From Polyangiaceae bacterium (GTDB lineage Bacteria > Myxococcota_A > Polyangia > Polyangiales > Polyangiaceae), in NCBI GenBank assembly GCA_044376115.1, contig JBILLK010000024.1:64001-128000 (forward strand): a stretch of 64,000 nt of DNA. Direction: 5' to 3'. Of this stretch, positions 1 to 9,069 are shown piece by piece. A program made the position numbers and the translations under genes. Numbering within the stretch: position 1 is the stretch's first letter; each line of letters opens with the position of its first letter. The notes under the pieces were generated by a model. The model had not been told where the DNA came from and ran no database searches. It was given only the letters and a program-made list of their open reading frames with translations.

Positions 1-1093
1 CCTTGGACAGATCGCCATCGAGCTTGGTACCCGGGGCGACGTAGGCCCCGAGCGCGAGCTCATCCCCGAGCCCACGCTCCACGTCGGCCAAGGTGAGCTT
101 GCCAATCGCGGCCAGCCGCTCGCCGACCAGCTGCACCACGTCCGAGTCGTCCATGCGCCCGAGCTCGGCCAACAGATCACTCACCGTCTTGCCTTGTTTG
201 CGCCGCAAGGAGACGCTCATCCCACCCACGGCTCCATCCGGAAGCTCCATCAGCCCCTTGTGTGCCGCCGGCTCGAGCAGCTGGCCCAGACGCGGCACAG
301 CGCTGCCGTTGAGCACACTGTCGAAGCGCAGCTCCCCGCGGCTGAGCGCACCGTCGAAGCGTGACCCGCGATCGGCGAAAGCGTTCTCCTGCAGCGTGGC
401 TGCAAGGTTGCTCGAGACCCAGAGGCCCTTCTCTCCCGCGGCCACCGTCTCGGCGGACCCGCCGCGCTTGAAGGCTTCTCCTTTGCCGGCTGCGCGAGCC
501 AGCATGTCGCTGCGCAGCGTTTCATGCAGCGTGACCATGAGGATGTTCGAGCCGGGCACACGGTCGACGTTGATCGGGCCTTCGCCATCCCCTTTAGGCA
601 GGTTCCAGCTATCGGGCCCGGTCTTCTTGAGTTTGAACGCCTCGGCCAGCTTGTCGCTGATGTCTTCACGCAGCCGCAGCACGAGCCCATAACCTTGCTC
701 GCCGCGCACCAGCACCACGGCGCCGGCGTAGTTCTTCAGCGCGAGATCGATCAGCGCGGCGTCGAGGCCGAGCTCTCGTTGCAACCAGTCACGGGCAAGC
801 CCGGCCAGCGGGCCCGACCGCATCGCCTCGGCCTGATCGCCCCACAGCGCCTCGAAGGAAGGCAGGCCCACCACCAGTCGGGCATCGGCCGGAACCAGCG
901 TCTCGAGCGAACTCAGCTTGGCCGGAGCGTTCGCCTCGGCCTCCTCGCCGGTGAGCCCAGCGGGCGGCGGGAGCTGCGCACTCGAGGTGGCTGAGCCAAC
1001 CGCGAGCTCCTTCGCGCTGGGCTGCGCTCCACCACACGCCAACAGCCAGCACATCGCACCAACCTGGACGAATCGGTTCCGCATGCGCGGCAT
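1..1093 (-). CDS. Lipoprotein, DUF3352-like; paralog of 1599-3611; 3' end runs off the window
   Basis: Not in the ORF track (no stop in window). Manual translation from ATG 1093: MPRMRNRFVQVGAMCWLLACGG (lipobox). Blocks LVPADARLVVGLPSF, VPRLGQLL, SLRRKQGKTVSDLLAELG and LADVERGLGDELALGAY match equivalent blocks of the 1599-3611 protein. Confidence 0.85.
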   Translation of the reverse strand, partial: MPRMRNRFVQVGAMCWLLACGGAQPSAKELAVGSATSSAQLPPPAGLTGEEAEANAPAKLSSLETLVPADARLVVGLPSFEALWGDQAEAMRSGPLAGLARDWLQRELGLDAALIDLALKNYAGAVVLVRGEQGYGLVLRLREDISDKLAEAFKLKKTGPDSWNLPKGDGEGPINVDRVPGSNILMVTLHETLRSDMLARAAGKGEAFKRGGSAETVAAGEKGLWVSSNLAATLQENAFADRGSRFDGALSRGELRFDSVLNGSAVPRLGQLLEPAAHKGLMELPDGAVGGMSVSLRRKQGKTVSDLLAELGRMDDSDVVQLVGERLAAIGKLTLADVERGLGDELALGAYVAPGTKLDGDLSK

Positions 1094-1194
1094 GCTACTC
1101 CGGACGTTCACCGAGCACGTCGGCGATATCGCTGTTGGACCCTGCTTCGAGCCCCGTTCTTGTCTTCCCAGGGTTTGCGTGATTCGCTCGAGCG

Positions 1195-1587
1195 ATGTCT
1201 TCACGTCAGGCGGTTCGAGCGACGATGGTGGTGGCGATCGCCTGCTCGCTCCTGCCCGGCGTGGCGCTCGCGAGTGGCAACGCCGACGGCTACCCCACGC
1301 TGCTCGGCTTGCTGGCGGTGCCCCCGCTCTTGCTCTTGGCCATCGGCTTGGGCATCGGTTTGGCGATCAAGAAGGCACACGTATTCGTGGGCGTGATCGG
1401 GCTCGTGTTGGCGAGCCTCGCTGCGTTGTGGCAGGGCTTTTGGTACTTGCTGGAGCACGAATTTCCGCTCGGCTTCGCGTCGATTGGGATCGTCACCAAC
1501 CTCTCGGTCTTCTTGCTTGCGGTGCTGCAGCTACAAGCCGGCGGGAAGCGCGCACGCGAGCGCGCCGCGCATCCGCCGTTTCGCTGA
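1195..1587 (+). CDS. Small membrane protein (signal peptide plus about 3 TM helices)
   Basis: 130-aa ORF with GC3-rich codons, a VALA signal-like N-terminus and three hydrophobic stretches. Confidence 0.7.
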   Translation: MSSRQAVRATMVVAIACSLLPGVALASGNADGYPTLLGLLAVPPLLLLAIGLGIGLAIKKAHVFVGVIGLVLASLAALWQGFWYLLEHEFPLGFASIGIVTNLSVFLLAVLQLQAGGKRARERAAHPPFR

Positions 1588-1598
1588 GAGGGCGCGGC

Positions 1599-3611
1599 TC
1601 ACTCTTTCTCGTCAGCGATGAACAGCTGCGTCGCGAGCCGCACGCTCTTCGTCGCTTCGTTAACCTTCCCGGTCTGGGTGAAGAGGCTCGTTACGCCGTC
1701 CCCATCCAGATCGCCCTCTGCCGAGATCTCGAAGCCGTCAGCGCCCGGATCCGGGCCTCCGCGCGCGGGGCCCTTGTACGGCCCACCCACCCGAACCTCG
1801 TATTGATAATACTGCGGTCTCGACATCGAGAAGCGGAGGCACTTCCAGCTCGGGTGCCCGTAGTCGACGCCATCGTCGCTGCTAGCCATCACCTTCATCC
1901 CGCGTGGAACGAGGGCGGGCACCGCCGGCGCCGACGGGCACAGCTTGTGACTCCCGTCCTCCTGCTCGCGCTCGTAGGCCCCGACCATACCGCGCGCGAT
2001 CGCGCCGACCGTGTTCTTCGCCTCGGAGGCCTTGGCGGAGCCAAGGTACGAGCGCACGCCGTAGATCGCCACGCTCGCGAGCAGGCCCACTACGGTCACG
2101 GCGCCACCCGAGCCGCTGGCCGAGAGCTCGAGCCCGCGGTCGAACGGCTTGAAGCCAAAGCTGAGCAGCGTCGACACGTCGCTCAGCTGCGCGAGGTCGG
2201 CGCCGTTCAGGAACTCGGCGGGCAGCAGCTTCACCAGCGCTCCGACGTCGACGAACGTCGCGATCTGGCTCGTGGTCGCGACTCCAACCTTCGCCGCTTG
2301 GAAGGCCTTCGAGTCGCCCAGCTTGTCCGCCGCCGAGGCCGCCGAAAGCCGTTTCACCGTCTCGGCGTGCCCAGCGAGCACCCGCAGCCGACCACCTGCG
2401 ACGGCGACCTCGAAAGTCGCCCCCGGCGGCATGCCCTTCTGCAGCGCCTCGGCCAATCGCTTCGCCACCGCCTCATCCTTGACCGCGACGTCGATCAGCA
2501 CTGCGCTGGACTCGAGCGGAGACCGCGAATCGAGTCGCAGCGGCTCGCCCGACGAGTAGACAGCGATCGCGAGTTCGTCTCCCAGCGCGCCGTCGATCTC
2601 GGCGAGCGAGCTGGCGAGGCCGCTCTTCAGCGACTCGTCGATCTCTTCGGCGACGTCCTTACCGTCGACCTTGCCGAGCTCTGCAACCACGTCGCGCAGC
2701 GTCTTGCCCGGCGCGCGCTGCAATGAGACCTCCAGCCCGAACATCGCCCCGCTCGGTAGCGCGGCCAGCGCAGAGAGAGGCCGCGCAACTACGACCTGGC
2801 CGAGCTGCGGCACCCGGGCCCCGATCAGCGTCAGCTCCAGATCGAGCTTGCCACCCTTGGGACCATTGGCGTCGCTCGTGAGCCCGAACAAAAGCTTGGA
2901 GCCCGCTTCGGCCGTGCCTGCGCCCGCAGGACCCAGCAGCGAGCCGAGGTCCAGCGCAACCGAGAGGCCGTCCCCTGCCCTGCGTCGGAAGAACGGCGAC
3001 TCGGTGTACGGCTTCTGCTTGCCCGCCTTCGTATCGAGCACCGCCGTGAGCGCCGACTCGTCGTTCGCGAGCACGACCACGCGCTCCTTCTCGAGCAACG
3101 TCGCGTGGATCGGCATACTCCCTTCGCTGCGCAGCCAACGGTCTTCCCCCTTCTTCTCGAACTTCGCCAGCCCGAGCGCCGCCGTCACCAGCGAAGCGTC
3201 CTTCACGCGCAACAGCACGGCGCCCTTCGGCTCCGGCTGCGCTGCCGTCGCGAAAAGCACCGCGCCGTCGTAGGCCTCGAGCAGCTTGCTCAGCATCGCG
3301 GTCGGTACGCCCAGCTTCGTCGAGAGCTCGGTCAGCGCCCCTTCCTCGATCTTCTTCCAGGTGGCCGCATCGACCTGACCGCGCACCACGTCGAACGACG
3401 AAAGACCGACGACGAGCTTCGCGTCGATCGGCACCAGCCGCGTGAGGTCGCTGGCGGCGACCTCGGGCTGCGCCGTGCTCTTGGCCTCGGCCGTCGCGCT
3501 CGCGGCAGCGCTGGGGGCGTCCTTCGAGCCGCACGCAGGGCCGGTGAGCGCGAGCCCCGCGACGGAAAGCCCGAGCATCAGACGGCGTAGAGAGGGAGCG
3601 AGTCGCTTCAT
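1599..3611 (-). CDS. Lipoprotein (DUF3352-like) fused to a C-terminal type IV pilin-like domain
   Basis: Lipobox LTGPAC. The C-terminal ~165 aa (VVGLLASVAIYGVRSYLGSAKASEAKNTVG...WKCLRFSMSRPQYYQY...AEGDLDGDG) resemble Polyangiaceae/deltaproteobacterial PilA-type pilins. Confidence 0.8.
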   Translation of the reverse strand: MKRLAPSLRRLMLGLSVAGLALTGPACGSKDAPSAAASATAEAKSTAQPEVAASDLTRLVPIDAKLVVGLSSFDVVRGQVDAATWKKIEEGALTELSTKLGVPTAMLSKLLEAYDGAVLFATAAQPEPKGAVLLRVKDASLVTAALGLAKFEKKGEDRWLRSEGSMPIHATLLEKERVVVLANDESALTAVLDTKAGKQKPYTESPFFRRRAGDGLSVALDLGSLLGPAGAGTAEAGSKLLFGLTSDANGPKGGKLDLELTLIGARVPQLGQVVVARPLSALAALPSGAMFGLEVSLQRAPGKTLRDVVAELGKVDGKDVAEEIDESLKSGLASSLAEIDGALGDELAIAVYSSGEPLRLDSRSPLESSAVLIDVAVKDEAVAKRLAEALQKGMPPGATFEVAVAGGRLRVLAGHAETVKRLSAASAADKLGDSKAFQAAKVGVATTSQIATFVDVGALVKLLPAEFLNGADLAQLSDVSTLLSFGFKPFDRGLELSASGSGGAVTVVGLLASVAIYGVRSYLGSAKASEAKNTVGAIARGMVGAYEREQEDGSHKLCPSAPAVPALVPRGMKVMASSDDGVDYGHPSWKCLRFSMSRPQYYQYEVRVGGPYKGPARGGPDPGADGFEISAEGDLDGDGVTSLFTQTGKVNEATKSVRLATQLFIADEKE

Positions 3612-3737
3612 GCGGGCGATGCTCGCACCCGAAGCTGTCGCCGTCGAGGTGGCCTGACGACGACACGTTCAAGGCCGGTGGCGCGCAAAGCTCTGTGGGC
3701 AAGTGCACCGCGGCCAAAGCTCCGCTAAGAGCAGCGC

Positions 3738-4463
3738 ATGAACGCGCGAATCACAGGCTTGGCTCTTCTGCTTGCTGGCTGCTCGGTTGCTTCCTCCCCG
3801 CCTCCCAGCGACGGGCACGACCATGCGCACGGGCACGACCACGCGCATCCGGACCACGTTGCGCACCACAAGAACCACGGCGGGATGCAGCACGACTTCA
3901 GCGACGCTGCGATGTGGACCAAGCGCTTCGACGCAGCCGAGCGAGACGCGTGGCAGAAGCCGGACGAGGTGGTGAAGTTGCTCGCGTTGAGCGAAGGCAT
4001 GGTCGTGGCCGATCTCGGCGCTGGCACCGGCTACTTCGGCGCGCGTCTGTCCAAGGCGGTCGGGTCGAGCGGGAAGGTGTTCGCGCTCGACGTCGAGCCG
4101 AAGATGGTCGAGTTCATGACCGAGCGTTTTAAGAAGGAGTCCTTGTCGAACGTCGAGGCGAAGGTCTGCCCGCTCACCGGCACCGGGCTCGCCGAGGCCT
4201 CCGCGGATCGCGTGCTGATCGTCGATACCTGGCACCACCTCGGCGATCGCGCCGCCTACTCGAAGCACCTCGCGTCGGTGCTCAAGCCGGGTGGATCGGT
4301 GGTCGTGGTCGACTTCACGCTCGAGACCGACAAGGGCCCGCCGAAGGAGCATCGCCTTTCGGCCGAGCAGGTGATCGCAGAGCTACGCGCAGGCGGCCTC
4401 GTCGGCAGCGTGCTCGAAGAGACGCTGCCCGATCAATACGTCGTCTCGGCGAAGAAGCCCTAG
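3738..4463 (+). CDS. Class I SAM-dependent methyltransferase with lipoprotein signal and His-rich N-terminus
   Basis: SAM motif VADLGAGTGYF; lipobox LLAGC; HDHAHGHDHAHPDHVAHH. Confidence 0.9.
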   Translation: MNARITGLALLLAGCSVASSPPPSDGHDHAHGHDHAHPDHVAHHKNHGGMQHDFSDAAMWTKRFDAAERDAWQKPDEVVKLLALSEGMVVADLGAGTGYFGARLSKAVGSSGKVFALDVEPKMVEFMTERFKKESLSNVEAKVCPLTGTGLAEASADRVLIVDTWHHLGDRAAYSKHLASVLKPGGSVVVVDFTLETDKGPPKEHRLSAEQVIAELRAGGLVGSVLEETLPDQYVVSAKKP

Positions 4464-4477
4464 CGCTGGACTCCCGG

Positions 4478-4801
4478 TTAGCCGTCGCACTGCATGGCTT
4501 CTTCAGCGCTGTTCGCCTTCAGCGTGCACTCCACCATGCCGTGCGTCATATCGGCTTCACAGCCCGCGACGAGCTCCCCGCTCCTCGCCCGCATCGCTTC
4601 TTTCTTCGCCTCGTCGATCTCGATCCCCTGCTTCGCCGCTTCTTCGAGCACGAGGTTGCTGATGTGCTTTGCGACCTGTTCGCACTCTGCATGCGTCGCC
4701 TTTACCTCTGCGCCGGGAGCGTTGGCGGTCGAGCCGGAGGAGCCGCCGCAGGCGACGGTGAGCGAGAGAGCGAGGAGGGTTGCGAGTTTGATCACGAGCA
4801 C
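4478..4801 (-). CDS. Small Cys-patterned helical lipoprotein
   Basis: Lipobox LTVAC plus four further Cys (CEQVAKH...CEAD...CTLKA...C); GTG start directly abuts the TAG of the upstream MYXO-CTERM frame. Confidence 0.75.
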   Translation of the reverse strand: MLVIKLATLLALSLTVACGGSSGSTANAPGAEVKATHAECEQVAKHISNLVLEEAAKQGIEIDEAKKEAMRARSGELVAGCEADMTHGMVECTLKANSAEEAMQCDG

Positions 4802-6075
4802 CTAGCTAACACGTCCACGCGCCTTTCGCCGGCTTCGTCGAAGGCCCAAGCCAAGCGCAGCAACCGCTAGCCAGCCGCTGCTGCGAGGGGCGCTCGGCGT
4901 AGCAACGGCACAGCCATCGGAAGAGCCGGCTGGCTCGGCGCCTGCGTCTCCACCAGCGCCGCTCTCCTCTCCGGTGCCACCGTTCCCGGTGCCCTCACCG
5001 CCCATGCCGCCGGCATCCCGGTCGAGCTGAACGTGTAAGAGAAAGGCTCGCCGTTCTCGAGGTAGAAGCGGCGCGGCTCGGCGCCGTCATGGTTGGGCGT
5101 GAGCAACGCCGTACCGGGCAGGGCATGCGGCCCTGCCGTCACGTTGGTGCCATTGACGACCGTGGAACCAACCAGAAAGTCGCAAGACTCACGCGCAATG
5201 GGCTTGCCGTTGGCGATCGGCGAGTCCATCTGCATACTGCTCGCGTTCAGGGCGAGCCCGACGAAGAGCCGGTCAAAGTCGAAGACCTGGTTCGTCGCGA
5301 GCAACAAGCAACGGCCAAACCCGCAACCAAAACCGCGATTCATACCGATCGGCACCGCCAAACTGGAGCCAACGATGGGGTCCGTTGCCACGCCATCCTC
5401 TCGCACCACGCGCAGCTCCATGCTCACGGTGTTGTTTGCGTTGCGGTCGTTCCACTGAATGAGCGTGTACGCATCGGCGCCGTCGTACCCAGTGCCATGG
5501 AGCTGCAACGTGCGCGTATTGTCGAAGCCAACGTAGGAATCCTGGGTCATGGCCAGCGTTGCTCCGAGCTGCACTTCCCCGTCGATCGTGATGGGCAAGG
5601 CCGCGATCGCGTCGGTGAGCTCATCCTGAGGTTGGTTGGTCACCTTGAGCCGCGAGCGATGCTGGTAGACGAGCGTGAAGCCTTGGCTCGAGCGCTCGAG
5701 CGCAAGCTGACTGATCCATCGCTCCTGAACCGTGTAGACCGGGCCGATCTCCGAAGGATTCGGCTCGACTTGCTGCACCAGCAACAGAGGGGCTGGGTCT
5801 AGCAGCGTGCCCTCGGCATCAAAGCGGAAGCCCATGATGCGGTCGTACGTGGGTTCACTCTCGACCCACACAAGCAGCCCCACGCCACATTGCCAACCGA
5901 TGTCCCAAGTCCCGGTTGCCAAGGGATACGTGCCCAGCGGAAACGAGGCCGAGACCAGCGAGCTTTGGCTCATTGCGACAGCGTCCGGCGCGCTGTCCTG
6001 CTCGCTATCAGGCTCACAAGCGGAGGCCGCAAGCCCAAGCAGCCACAACCAACGCTGTCCCGTCATTCCCCTCAT
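4802..6075 (-). pseudogene. Frameshifted or internally deleted MYXO-CTERM surface protein
   Basis: The N-terminal frame (MRGMTGQRWLWLLGLAASAC...) has coding-like codons down to ~5018. The Gly-rich linker and MYXO-CTERM tail (GCAVA...GWLAVAALGLGLRRSRRK) lie in another frame (5005-4802). Confidence 0.7.
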
Positions 6076-6216
6076 GGTGCCACTATCTCCGCGTAACGCC
6101 TGGCTGATCGCAGGAAACCACGATTCAGCCAATGCAGCCGGAACTACCTTTGGCGACAGCTTGATCGGCCTTCGACTCAGCGACAAACTCAAGCGCCTGC
6201 GCCTATGCTGCGCGCC

Positions 6217-7242
6217 ATGCGATACCGGTATTCGAGTGGGTGGGGCTTTGCTCTGGTGATGGCGTTCGGCTGCGGGCCTTCCGGCGGAGGCGCAAGCAGC
6301 TCGGCAGCAGCTTCAGGCGCTCCGGCCAGCTCCGCGGCGAAGTCGACGAGCTCGGCGGCCAGCTCCGCATCGGCGGCTGCAGCCGGCTCCGCTGCGGCCA
6401 GCGCTGCGCCAGCGGCAGCTCCACCGAAGCCGGAGGCCTTTGGCCCGAACGTCACCAAAGAGGTGGTCGAGTCGGTCAACGCGTCGAACGGCTTCGACAC
6501 CAACCAACCCGCCTTCTCGATCGACGGCAAGCCCGCCACCTCGTGGAGTTCACCGCCCGAGGGCGCTTGGATCGAGTACGCGCTCTACCCCGGCACCCGC
6601 GTCGACGGCATCGAGCTCGCCGGCCAGCGCACCGGCAAGACCTCGAACGGCGAAGAACGCTGGGACATCAACGGCGTGATCAAGCAGCTGAAGGTCGAGT
6701 GGGACGGCGGCCAGGGCGAGCTCAGCTTCGACCGCGCGAGCGACAAGGGCGTGCGCAAAAAGCTGCCGATCGGCGCAACCACGCGCAAACTCCGGCTGAG
6801 CGTGGTCGCCTTCGACAAGGGCGCAAAGAGCGCGGACATCGACATCGACGAGCTGAACATCTTCGGCGCGGCCGGTTCGCTCAAGGCGCCCGACAAGACC
6901 GGCCTCACCAGCTTGTGCAAAGCCGAGTCGGTCGCCGTGCGCTTCAAAGATGGCGCCGTTTACGGCGGGGAGTGGCTACCGCCGCGCGACAGCGCAGAGC
7001 GCGCCATTCACTGGGACTTCACGCCCACCAAGTCGCGCGTAGACGACGGCGAGTGGCATACGCTCGGGCTCAAGTACGTTGAAGACTCCACCGTCCTGCC
7101 CGACGGGACCAAGGCCTACGCCTCGGACCTCAAGGCGGTGGGCAAGATCGCGCGTTACCGCGTCGCCGGGGACACCTTCGAGGGCGAACTCGATGGAAAG
7201 AAGTTCGCCGGCAAATGTGGAGTCACGATGACCGGTCAGTGA
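6217..7242 (+). CDS. Lipoprotein with Ala/Ser linker and discoidin/galactose-binding-like domain
   Basis: Lipobox MAFGC; PAFSIDGKPATSWS...GAWIEY...KLRLSV...IDELNIFG pattern typical of F5/8C-like beta-sandwiches. Confidence 0.75.
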   Translation: MRYRYSSGWGFALVMAFGCGPSGGGASSSAAASGAPASSAAKSTSSAASSASAAAAGSAAASAAPAAAPPKPEAFGPNVTKEVVESVNASNGFDTNQPAFSIDGKPATSWSSPPEGAWIEYALYPGTRVDGIELAGQRTGKTSNGEERWDINGVIKQLKVEWDGGQGELSFDRASDKGVRKKLPIGATTRKLRLSVVAFDKGAKSADIDIDELNIFGAAGSLKAPDKTGLTSLCKAESVAVRFKDGAVYGGEWLPPRDSAERAIHWDFTPTKSRVDDGEWHTLGLKYVEDSTVLPDGTKAYASDLKAVGKIARYRVAGDTFEGELDGKKFAGKCGVTMTGQ

Positions 7243-7285
7243 GCTTGTCGCTGAGGCGCGCCGACCCACCTCGAGGTTCGGCGCG

Positions 7286-8014
7286 TCACTCCCCCGAACC
7301 TCGACGCAGCAGCGCGATGTTGTATTGGCCGCGCACGCGAGCCGGCGTCATCACGATCGTCACTTGTTGATGGCCGTTGGAGAAGCGAAACACGAAATCG
7401 AAGGACTGGACGCGCACGCGGTGGGGGTCGCGCACCAGCTCTTCGAAGCGACCTTCGAACTCGCGGACGCGAGCGCAAGGCGCGACCTCGGCGAAGAAGC
7501 GCTTGCCGATCACGCGCTCCTTGGGCAGCCCGACCATGCGCGATTCGGTATCGTTGTAGTGAAGCACGCGGCCCGCGGCATCGAGCGTTATCAAGCCATA
7601 CGGCAGCGCATCCAGCTGTTCGGGTGAGAGCCTGGCCACCGCGCCAAAGTCGAGCCCTTGGTCCTGCGTCGCGAGGGCTGGCTGACCGCCGTGGGGCATC
7701 GCCGCAAAGGGAGCGGGCGGCGCTTCTCCGGGCATCAGGCTTGGAGCCGCGGGCAGCGGTGGAGCCGGGGGAGCCGGGCGCGCGGTGACCTGCGAATGGA
7801 CCGTCGACGGCTCGTTGCTCGGCGTGGCGACCTGCAACATCTGGCTGCTGAAATCGCGAGTGATGCGTCGGCCCTGGGCGGAGAGCGCCGAACGCGCAGC
7901 GGCGAGCTCGCGACGCAGCGTCTCGACCTCGTCGCGCAGTCGCTCGATCTCGGCGTACAGCGCCGCTGTGGCCTGTTCACGCGAGAGCACCTGCGTCGAA
8001 TCGAAGGACGCCAT
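7286..8014 (-). CDS. pyp: Photoactive yellow protein (PYP) domain with N-terminal coiled coil and Pro-rich linker
   Basis: QLDALPYGLITLDAAGRVLHYNDTESRMVGLPKERVIGKRFFAEVAPC aligns without gaps to Halorhodospira PYP 22-69, with Y42, E46, F62, F63, P68 and C69 conserved. ATG at 8014 overlaps the upstream TGA (TGATG). Confidence 0.9.
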   Translation of the reverse strand: MASFDSTQVLSREQATAALYAEIERLRDEVETLRRELAAARSALSAQGRRITRDFSSQMLQVATPSNEPSTVHSQVTARPAPPAPPLPAAPSLMPGEAPPAPFAAMPHGGQPALATQDQGLDFGAVARLSPEQLDALPYGLITLDAAGRVLHYNDTESRMVGLPKERVIGKRFFAEVAPCARVREFEGRFEELVRDPHRVRVQSFDFVFRFSNGHQQVTIVMTPARVRGQYNIALLRRGSGE

Positions 8015-9069
8015 CACGCGACCCTCCGAACGTCGCGTTCGACCGGCGGAGCAGGCGGAAGCAAACGGCGCAATCGCCCAATCAGCCGATCGATCGTCAA
8101 GGCATCGATACCCGGCGCATCCGCGACGGCCAGGAGCTGGAAGCGACCGCTCGTTCCGAGCGGCGCAAAAGTGGCGACGCCGCCCGCCGCCGAAGCGAGG
8201 TCCAGGCGTCGCAGCGCAACGCCCAGCCGACGCTCGGCGTAACTTGCGAGCGCGCGCAAGCTGGTGGTCACGCGCAACATCGTTTCGAGCGAGGGACCGC
8301 CGGCGCTCTGGCATGCCAGCAGCTCCTCTCCCAGCGTCACGGTGAGGCTGCGCGCAGCGCAGGAGGCGCGCAGCGCGCTGAGCTCGGCCAGCAGGCTCTC
8401 CGCCACTGCGCCGCTGCCACTCTTGGCCTCGCTCATGCCCGCGAGCGCGTCCGCCGCCGCCGACTCAGCCTCGAGGCCCTCCGCTTGCGCGGCGAGCATG
8501 GCGTAGGCCACGGTCGCATCGAGCAGCGAGGCCGCAGCCGGCCGACTCAACGAAAGCGTAACCAACGCCAGCGGCGGCGAAAGAAAGTGCAGCGGCCGCA
8601 CCACGAGGTGTCGCGCGTCGTTGGTCTCGAGGTGCAGCTCCCGCGCCTCGAAACCGAGCGCTCGTGCGAGTCGCAACGCCTCACCGCCCACAGCGGCGAG
8701 CGCAGCCTCTGCAGCGTCTTCCTCGCGCGTCCACGCGAGACCGGTTTCATCCACTAGCGTGACGTGACTCACGCCCTCGACGCCCAGCATCCGCTGCTTG
8801 AGCGCGACGGCCAGCCGCGCACCTTGCATCGTCACCACCGGTCCAGGCGGAAGCCCAACCGCAGCCCGCGTTCGATCGAGCGCGGCGCGCCCTTCTTTAC
8901 GTGTTTCCTCGAGGCGACGACGGCTCGTGTTGCGCTCGCGATTGAGCTCGCCTTCCAGCTCGTCGATCCGCTCACGCAGCGGCCGCGCTCTGCGCGCAAC
9001 CAGCATCCCGCTGGTCAACGCAGCCAGCCCCGAGCAGGCCAACGAAGCTGCCAGAATCAGCGGCTCCAT
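8014..9069 (-). CDS. Membrane-anchored protein: TM helix, coiled coil, two Roadblock/LC7-like domains
   Basis: ATG 9069 in a TGATG overlap. N-terminal hydrophobic helix, heptad segment LRERIDELEGELNRE, Roadblock-like GVSHVTLVDETGL motif, then a second, more divergent alpha-beta-beta-alpha-beta-beta-beta-alpha unit. Confidence 0.7.
   Translation of the reverse strand: MEPLILAASLACSGLAALTSGMLVARRARPLRERIDELEGELNRERNTSRRRLEETRKEGRAALDRTRAAVGLPPGPVVTMQGARLAVALKQRMLGVEGVSHVTLVDETGLAWTREEDAAEAALAAVGGEALRLARALGFEARELHLETNDARHLVVRPLHFLSPPLALVTLSLSRPAAASLLDATVAYAMLAAQAEGLEAESAAADALAGMSEAKSGSGAVAESLLAELSALRASCAARSLTVTLGEELLACQSAGGPSLETMLRVTTSLRALASYAERRLGVALRRLDLASAAGGVATFAPLGTSGRFQLLAVADAPGIDALTIDRLIGRLRRLLPPAPPVERDVRRVA

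Noticed and set aside
918..2726. Long alternative-frame or antisense ORFs (also 14578-16749, 37334-39412, 39249-41672)
   Set aside because: Shadow ORFs expected in high-GC DNA opposite well-supported genes; no recognisable motifs.
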